Source: a virus (lineage: Duplodnaviria; Caudoviricetes). From it: a stretch of 52,979 nt of DNA. The notes under the pieces were generated by a model. It saw nothing but the letters and a program-made list of their open reading frames with translations, was not told where the DNA came from and made no database searches. Position 1 is the first letter of the stretch; each line of letters begins with the position of its first letter. Below are positions 46,970 to 52,979 of this stretch, in pieces. Location of the stretch: the IMG/VR virus record IMGVR_UViG_3300031364_000003, positions 1-52,979 of that record, one strand, 5' to 3'. The position numbers and the translations under genes are program-made.

Positions 46970-47900
46970 TTAAGGTTACAGTAAATTTTTTAGTGTAACC
47001 GGAAGTGTAACCCTAAAATTTGGAAGCTATTTTTAAATGTGCCTATTTTACTGGTTTGTAGCGTTTACATATTTTGGGGTTACAGTAAGTTACAGGGAGA
47101 TATTTTACTGTAACCGCAGTGTAACCCTGTAGCAGTCCGAGTTGTAGGGACTCTAGGTTACGGTTACAGTAAAAAAGCTATATAGTATAGTATATAAATA
47201 CACCCCCTATACCCTCCCTATGTATATATATTTTTTTATTTTTTTTTATTATATATTAAGTGTAACGTAACCGGACAAGGGCTAAAACCACTATATAACA
47301 GGGCTAGAGCACGGTTACAGTAAGACAATTACCTGTAACTGGAAAATTGGAATGTACTAATACCAATATCTACAGCGGTTACAGCAAAATGTTTTACTGT
47401 AACCTTAGAAAAGTGTATTCAAAACCACTATATGACTGGGTTACACTAAGATTTATAGCGGTTACAGTAAAATGTTTTAGTGTAACCATAGACTAAAAAA
47501 GTATACAGATACATATGGTTACAGCCAATATTTAGCTGTAACCTGGTTAGATTCTATGTGGTTACAGTAGATATGTAAGTGTAACCTATATACCCTACGA
47601 TGCTGTGTCTGCTATGGTTACAGTAGAATTAGGCATACAGATGTATCGGTTACAGCTAAATATTGGCTGTAACCCTTGTAACCTGTTATACTATGATGCT
47701 ATATATCCTATAATGCTGTGTCTGCTATGGTTACAGTAGAATTAGGCATACAGATGTATCGGTTACAGCTAAATATTGGCTGTAACCACTGTAACCTGTT
47801 ATACTATGATGCTATAGAGGCTATGATGCTGTGTCTGCTATGGTTACAGTAGAATTAGGCATACAGATGTATCAGTTACAGCTAAATATTGGCTGTAACC
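46970..47900. repeat. Probable replication origin: dense GGTTACA/TGTAACC iterons, AT-rich core and three 113-bp tandem units
   Basis: Non-coding kb downstream of primase and helicase; units start at 47600, 47713 and 47826. Confidence 0.8.
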
Positions 47901-47917
47901 GCTGTAAAAAAAAAGGC

Positions 47918-48100
47918 CTATTCAACCTTTATCAGATTAAATAGGCACCCTCTTTTCCCTCTCTCTTTAGTCTGCACTAATATAGTTTTAATATTTCTAA
48001 AGAAATATGTATTAACCCATTTCCCCCTTTTTACTACAGGGCTTTCGTTATTATTTTTCTTTATGAACTGTTTTAATTGGGCTTCTGTGAGTGTATACAT
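47918..48100 (-). CDS. Hypothetical protein
   Basis: GGAGGG SD. Confidence 0.6.
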   Translation of the reverse strand: MYTLTEAQLKQFIKKNNNESPVVKRGKWVNTYFFRNIKTILVQTKERGKRGCLFNLIKVE

Positions 48101-48435
48101 ATTTTCCCTCCCTTTAGCCTTATTATCCTATTTATCTCCATATTTTGTATCTTGAGAGATTCTATCATATTCTTTAGCATCTTCATACTGCTGTGGACAT
48201 CATAATTTTTAGCCTTCATGTCTTCTAGAACTTTGTATGCTGAGATGTATGTACCTATGCAGCTCTTGTTGTAGCTGTATAGCTCTTTAAACCTTTCTAT
48301 CTTTATAAATATTTTGTCTAAATAGTTCATAGAATTAAAGTCTCCTATAGCCTTTAGGAGTTCTTTAGCCTTATAAGGCTTTTTAGGCCCTACGTTTTCC
48401 CCTTTATCCACCAGGTCTTTATAAAATTTATTCAT
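48073..48435 (-). CDS. Hypothetical protein
   Basis: AGGAG SD; ATGA coupling. Confidence 0.7.
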   Translation of the reverse strand: MNKFYKDLVDKGENVGPKKPYKAKELLKAIGDFNSMNYLDKIFIKIERFKELYSYNKSCIGTYISAYKVLEDMKAKNYDVHSSMKMLKNMIESLKIQNMEINRIIRLKGGKICIHSQKPN

Positions 48436-48872
48436 ATATCTTCATCTCCTATCTTTGTAGGATAGATATATATTTTTGATATAGAAATATATATCTGTGG
48501 ATCTGCTGTTTCTAGTACTATTTTTGTATCGTCTATGAAGTCTATGGGTTCTAGCCTATAGTCTTTATATTTTATTCTAAAGCCTTCTGTTGTCTTGTGT
48601 TTTTCTGGTATTTGTCTCTTTATCTTTTTTATACAGGAAGAGTAATATACCGAATTATATCTGTCTAGTTCACTAAGTTTTGTATCATAGCCTAAGTTTA
48701 CCAGGTTTATCTGGTATTTTAGGATATACTTTAGTTTTATGAATCTGCCGAATTTTTCGCAATAGAATCCTTTTTTCTCTAAGTATTCTATTAATTCTTT
48801 ATTGATAGGTTTTCTGCATAATGTAGAACCTGTTTTCTTTAGATTTGCTGTTATTGTGTATAATCTGGACAT
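48432..48872 (-). CDS. Hypothetical protein (cassette)
   Basis: AAGGAGGG SD inside the repeat variant. Confidence 0.7.
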   Translation of the reverse strand: MSRLYTITANLKKTGSTLCRKPINKELIEYLEKKGFYCEKFGRFIKLKYILKYQINLVNLGYDTKLSELDRYNSVYYSSCIKKIKRQIPEKHKTTEGFRIKYKDYRLEPIDFIDDTKIVLETADPQIYISISKIYIYPTKIGDEDI

Positions 48873-48969
48873 GTGCATCCCTCCTTTGCGTGATACGTCG
48901 CCACGTGATAGAGCCATTAGGGGCTATAAACCCCTATGTGGCTAGTGAAAATTTATTTTATAAAATAAA

Positions 48970-49323
48970 TTAAGAAGAACTATATAATTTTTTAACATTC
49001 TTATAATACTCATTTTTTGTTACATATTTTTTATATTCTGGGTATTCTGCTATTGATTTTTTTATTAAGATATTTTGTAATTTTCTTAATATTTTCTTAA
49101 TATTTTTTTCAGAATATTCATAGTATTCAATTTTATATCCTTTTCTTTTTAATTTTAATAGAGCTTTGAATAATTCAAAGCAGTGTCTATAATCTGCACA
49201 ATAGAAATTCGGAAGGTCCCACCTTGCACGAGCATTACACTTCCAAATACTTAAACTTAATTTATCATCTGAAAAAATAACATAGTATACTTTCCCAGGT
49301 AAATTATAATTAAATTTTTTCAT
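48970..49323 (-). CDS. Hypothetical protein (cassette)
   Basis: Start reassigned to the ATG after the GGAGGGAG SD of the repeat. Confidence 0.75.
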   Translation of the reverse strand: MKKFNYNLPGKVYYVIFSDDKLSLSIWKCNARARWDLPNFYCADYRHCFELFKALLKLKRKGYKIEYYEYSEKNIKKILRKLQNILIKKSIAEYPEYKKYVTKNEYYKNVKKLYSSS

Positions 49324-49401
49324 ATTTCTCCCTCCATAATAGGCCTTTTTGTGTGGATGCCTAGCACCTAGAGCCAAAAGGGGCTATGAACCCCTATGTG
49401 G

Positions 49402-49743
49402 CTATGCACATAACATTGTAGTAGAGTTTATTATTTGTTCGAGGAGAAATATTATTTGTTTTACAATTTCCACTACACTTTCTTCATAATCTAATGTTAC
49501 TAATGTGTCGTTGTAGAAGAAATTATCTGGATTCTCTTTGTAATTTCTTCTTATTTCTATAAAATTAGTTTTTAATTTTATGTCAAAATAAAAATGTAGT
49601 ACATTTTCTGGGCATTTTAATTCTTTGTCATCTTTGTTGTAGATGAATCCAAATTTAATTAGTTCTTTTTCTATTTGTTCTATTTTTTCGAATCTTGCTA
49701 ACTCTATTAATCTAGTATTTATCATATTTTCTAATTTACTCAT
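49402..49743 (-). CDS. Hypothetical protein (cassette; paralog of 50209-50541)
   Basis: MSKLENMINTRLIELARFEKIE; stop codon supplied by the repeat. Confidence 0.8.
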   Translation of the reverse strand: MSKLENMINTRLIELARFEKIEQIEKELIKFGFIYNKDDKELKCPENVLHFYFDIKLKTNFIEIRRNYKENPDNFFYNDTLVTLDYEESVVEIVKQIIFLLEQIINSTTMLCA

Positions 49744-49807
49744 ATTTTCTCCCTCCATAATAGGCCTTTTTGTGTGGATGCCTAGCACATAGAGCCATTA
49801 GGGGCTA

Positions 49808-50131
49808 TTAACCCTGGATTGACTTTCTAGCTTCTAAATATTCTTTTTCATCGATATTTAAAGGTAATGGACCTCCTACAGGTGTACAGTCATCTTTATG
49901 CAATAGTTTTTTTGTATATTCGTTAAATGTTGCTTCTTTTCCATTATACGTCCATAGCACATGTTGGTATCTATGGACGTCTACTCTTTTGCCCATCTTT
50001 GTTGTTTTTTCAAATGTGTCCATTAGTTTCCTGGCTATTTTGCTTTCATCAACTCTAATAGCCACCTGATCTACCACTTTAAAGAACCATTTTCTTCCGT
50101 CTACAATTGAATAATATAAATTATTATACAT
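49808..50131 (-). CDS. Hypothetical protein (cassette)
   Basis: SD supplied by the repeat. Confidence 0.75.
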   Translation of the reverse strand: MYNNLYYSIVDGRKWFFKVVDQVAIRVDESKIARKLMDTFEKTTKMGKRVDVHRYQHVLWTYNGKEATFNEYTKKLLHKDDCTPVGGPLPLNIDEKEYLEARKSIQG

Positions 50132-50208
50132 TTTCTCCCTCCATAATAGGCCTTTTTGTGTGGATGCCTAGCACCTAGAGCCAAAAGGGGCTATGAACCC
50201 CTATGTGG

Positions 50209-50541
50209 CTATACATATAACATTGAAGTTGCTTCTATTATTTCTTCGAGCATTGATATTATTCGTTTTACAATGTTTTCTACATCCTCTTCATAATCTA
50301 ATTTTATGAACTCCTCATCAAAGAACCATTCTCCTTTGTCTTTGTAATCTCTCCCTATTTCTATAACATTAGGTAATAGTTTTATGTTGAAATAGAAATA
50401 TAGGATATTTTCTGGACATTCTAAATGTTTTTCTTTTTTTATGAATCCAAATTCAATTAGTTCTTTTTCTATTTTTTCTATTTTTTCAAATCTTGCTAAC
50501 TCTACTAATCTGTTGTTTATCATATTTTCTAAATTACTCAT
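50209..50541 (-). CDS. Hypothetical protein (cassette; paralog of 49402-49743)
   Basis: MSNLENMINNRLVELARFEKIE. Confidence 0.8.
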   Translation of the reverse strand: MSNLENMINNRLVELARFEKIEKIEKELIEFGFIKKEKHLECPENILYFYFNIKLLPNVIEIGRDYKDKGEWFFDEEFIKLDYEEDVENIVKRIISMLEEIIEATSMLYV

Positions 50542-50602
50542 ATTATCTCCCTCCATAATAGGCCTTTTAATGTGGATGCCTAGCACCTAGAGCCAAAAGG
50601 GG

Positions 50603-50962
50603 CTATGAACCCCTATGTGACTTTTTAGCTTCTGATTGTAATTGTCTAGCGTATTTTTCTGCTACATCCCAAAAGGCAGATAGATTAATGTGTATTTCTT
50701 TTCTATCATCTGATGGAATTGTAACTTGTATTTCTTTTGTTGTATCAAATAGGAAATGTTTTGTAGTTTTGTTAGACTTTGTAATTACTAGAGTTTTTGT
50801 CTCTGGTTCTTTGCATACAAAAACAAATGTTACTATAAGCTGTATGTAGATATCCTCTACAAATTCGGATAACTTTTTACTAAGATATTTTTTTACTAAA
50901 GATTCTCTAGCAAAAAGCATTAATATTTCCCAATTGTCTCTAGTTTCTTTTAATTCATCCAT
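50603..50962 (-). CDS. Hypothetical protein (cassette)
   Basis: SD supplied by the repeat; reads into the next repeat. Confidence 0.75.
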   Translation of the reverse strand: MDELKETRDNWEILMLFARESLVKKYLSKKLSEFVEDIYIQLIVTFVFVCKEPETKTLVITKSNKTTKHFLFDTTKEIQVTIPSDDRKEIHINLSAFWDVAEKYARQLQSEAKKSHRGS

Positions 50963-51013
50963 TATCTCCCTCCACGTTTAACGGCCGTCGCCTTGATAGA
51001 TTCCAAAAGGCTT

Positions 51014-51553
51014 TTAAGGCCTTAATGGAATAGGTGTATATTTCTTTTTTTGCTTTTCATTATCTTTTATGACATTAGAGCCGTGCATTGCTCTAATATC
51101 ATCAAGACTGTATTGCCCACGACTATTAGATTTGCACCATTCAGGTCTATAATACCAGGCTACTTTTTTTCTAGCAAAATATAAACCAGCTTCTTTTAAT
51201 TTGTCTTTATGTTGTTTTGTATCTCCAGTTACCCAAATATACCAGCCACATATTTCTATTTTAAGGCCGTCTAGCTTTATCAATTTTTCTATTAAATCTT
51301 TAAATATCCCAGCTTCTTTGATGTGGCTTTTCATTTTTAGATCACTAAAGTTTTCAGTTAATCTTAAGATATTTTGATCAAATAGAGTATTGATTTCTTG
51401 CATAATTTGTGTTGTATCCCAGTTATTCTTATCGGGATGCCAGATAAAAACATATTGTCTATATACTTTTTTCAGTCTGTCTATTCCCATAATGTTTCTA
51501 AATTCATTTCTTATTTTGTCTAATTCTGTTATATCTTTTCTAGTTTTATCCAT
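51014..51553 (-). CDS. J-domain (DnaJ-like HPD) protein
   Basis: LKKVYR...WHPDK...MQEIN; C-terminal IEICG.YIWVTGDT..HKD.LK..G......K.AWY. Confidence 0.8.
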   Translation of the reverse strand: MDKTRKDITELDKIRNEFRNIMGIDRLKKVYRQYVFIWHPDKNNWDTTQIMQEINTLFDQNILRLTENFSDLKMKSHIKEAGIFKDLIEKLIKLDGLKIEICGWYIWVTGDTKQHKDKLKEAGLYFARKKVAWYYRPEWCKSNSRGQYSLDDIRAMHGSNVIKDNEKQKKKYTPIPLRP

Positions 51554-51623
51554 TCTTCTCCCTCCACACGTTTAACGGCCGCCGCCTTTATAGAGTCTAG
51601 AGGCCAATTAAGGCCTTATAGAC

Positions 51624-52289
51624 TTAAGTATGCGTAGAATAATATCCGCCTGCTTTTTTGCTGAAATCTCTATGCCATATAATACCACCTTCTAGACCTG
51701 TTAATCTGCTATGATGCCATATTACAAAGTATACATCTCCATGATTCCAATCATTATACAAGTCAATAGATATTGCTTCCCAGGTTGTAAAGTCTTTTAA
51801 TTTTTTTATTAGCTGGTTATATTGTGTTTTATTTTCTTGTTTAAGTTTCACCATATTAATACCATGCCATTTTATAACTGGTTTATTAGCTTTCATGCAA
51901 CATAATATATTAATTGGTTTTTTAAGTTTATAATTTTCATAGAAATTATAATAACTTATATAGAATTTATGTCTTTGTCCTTTTATTTCTCCAGTATATA
52001 TGTTTTCATAGTTTATGTGTAATATGTTTATTTCTATTTGGTTATTTTCTGTTAAACTAAATTCTGTAATTATATTATTATCACGTTCTATAAAGTAACC
52101 TTTATTTACTAGAATTGATATGCTTTCTTTATCTATAAGAAAGCTTTCTAAATGTACAGTATCAAAAGGGGTATTTATCTGTGTAAACTTAAATTCTAAA
52201 AAATGGGGTGTATAACTTATCTTTACAAACCCATTGCTTTTATATATTCTAGTACCTGTTTTCTTGTCAAATTTAACTTTATTATTCAT
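51624..52289 (-). CDS. Hypothetical protein with DUF4120-like C-terminus
   Basis: LYND...YF...GGIIWH...STHT; first gene of the leftward array. Confidence 0.6.
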   Translation of the reverse strand: MNNKVKFDKKTGTRIYKSNGFVKISYTPHFLEFKFTQINTPFDTVHLESFLIDKESISILVNKGYFIERDNNIITEFSLTENNQIEINILHINYENIYTGEIKGQRHKFYISYYNFYENYKLKKPINILCCMKANKPVIKWHGINMVKLKQENKTQYNQLIKKLKDFTTWEAISIDLYNDWNHGDVYFVIWHHSRLTGLEGGIIWHRDFSKKAGGYYSTHT

Positions 52290-52329
52290 AATTATCTCCC
52301 TCCATACGTTTAGAGGCCGTCGCCTTTAG

Positions 52330-52660
52330 GATAGATATCCTATATCTGGTTGCCAGGCGGCTTGACGACTTACACGTCAAAGAACTATGTCGATATTAGA
52401 TATCTAGACGACTCGAACGTCTATAGACTCCAGTTACCGCCGTCCTCCCAGTTTTGGAGGGAGGGAGCGTGCTATATAACTACAGTCTAGAGATACATTG
52501 CCATGTACCGACATTAACCAGGATATAAGAGGCCGCAAAAGCGTAGCTGTCTAAATACCTAGAAATAGTTATATCTACCGATATTAAGTTGACAAAGAAC
52601 ATAGTTATGCCATAGACAGGGAGCGGGCAAGGAGCGGGCAAGAAGTCGCCGGGGTGAAAA
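52330..52660 (-). ncRNA. Putative structured leader RNA
   Basis: GC-richer non-coding segment with several hairpins, including a TTCGAGT T-loop, and long-range complementary blocks. Confidence 0.5.
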
Positions 52661-52852
52661 CTAAGTTGTATCATGTTGCATATTCATCATATAACAAATT
52701 GTACCTTATGTGGTTACAAAAAAGTTAAGAATAGTTACAAAAAAGTTAACAAGCTCTAATGTCTTGATATCACAAGCTTACAAGGTTATATAGACTCTAT
52801 AGATATGTAAATATATGGGAATATATAGCATGGGAAATAAATGTACCCTGGG

Positions 52853-52979
52853 AAATAAATGTAAATATCTTATATTTATCCTATATTATGTCACGAAATG
52901 TAAATATATGGTAATTATTGTGGAGGGCTATGTACTAAAGGCTAGGGAATATAATTCGATAGTTATAAAACCCTCGAAT
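52853..52979 (+). repeat. Terminal direct repeat, second copy
   Basis: Identical to 1-127. Confidence 0.95.

Larger units (their letters stand above)
48878..52330 (-). repeat. Conserved intergenic repeats separating early genes
   Basis: Type A (~78 bp) at 49327-49404, 49748-49812 (partial), 50134-50211, 50546-50620 and a variant at 48878-48944; type B at ~50966-51023, ~51558-51618 and ~52295-52328. Confidence 0.92.
1..52979. mobile_element. Complete tailed bacteriophage genome (podovirus-like, Bacillota host inferred)
   Basis: Terminase, portal, capsid, lysin, primase and helicase genes are present; there are no host housekeeping genes; the ends overlap. Confidence 0.95.

Noticed and set aside
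49744-49788. N-terminal extensions such as MLGIHTKRPIMEG on cassette ORFs
   Set aside because: These translate the intergenic repeat; the true starts follow the GGAGGGAG SD
48878-50620. CRISPR array
   Set aside because: The repeats are ~78 bp and the intervening sequences are 300-400 bp genes; there is no cas operon
52480-52674. 64-aa minus-strand ORF in the leader
   Set aside because: No SD and atypical composition; the region is better explained as structured RNA
1-52979. Amber (TAG) stop-codon reassignment suggested by the CTA-loop tRNA
   Set aside because: Core genes are full length in code 11, and TAG ends many genes just before the next SD or start
52853-52979. Biological terminal repeat
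   Set aside because: The 127-nt length is typical of assembly overlap; it shows circularity, not physical ends

Overview
The window is an apparently complete ~52.85 kb circular or circularly permuted tailed-phage genome: bases 1-127 are repeated at 52853-52979. Low GC, sigmaA-type promoters, strong SD sequences, an LPXTG protein and an Amidase_3 lysin point to a Bacillota (probably clostridial) host. It looks podovirus-like, with a P22-like portal and hub, three ejection-type proteins and no tape measure. I found no intact integrase, repressor or family A DNA polymerase. Modules in order: small early ORFs with five tRNA or tRNA-like genes (0.9-6 kb); lysin and terminase; a nonulosonic (sialic) acid pathway placed between TerL and portal (NeuB, NeuC, NeuA, a 2-hydroxyacid dehydrogenase and a Maf/CstII-like candidate transferase); Ser/Thr-rich head and tail genes; replication genes with an iteron-rich origin; and a leftward array of small genes separated by conserved repeats. 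The strongest candidates for new biology are (1) phage-encoded sialylation of the virion, (2) a ~330-nt ncRNA with hexamer repeats, a circularly permuted tRNA domain and an ATT-anticodon tRNA behind a conserved unknown gene, (3) at least eight stand-alone promoter-short RNA-terminator units, and (4) the repeat-delimited gene cassette array with its structured leader. All family calls come from reading motifs by eye; no searches were run.
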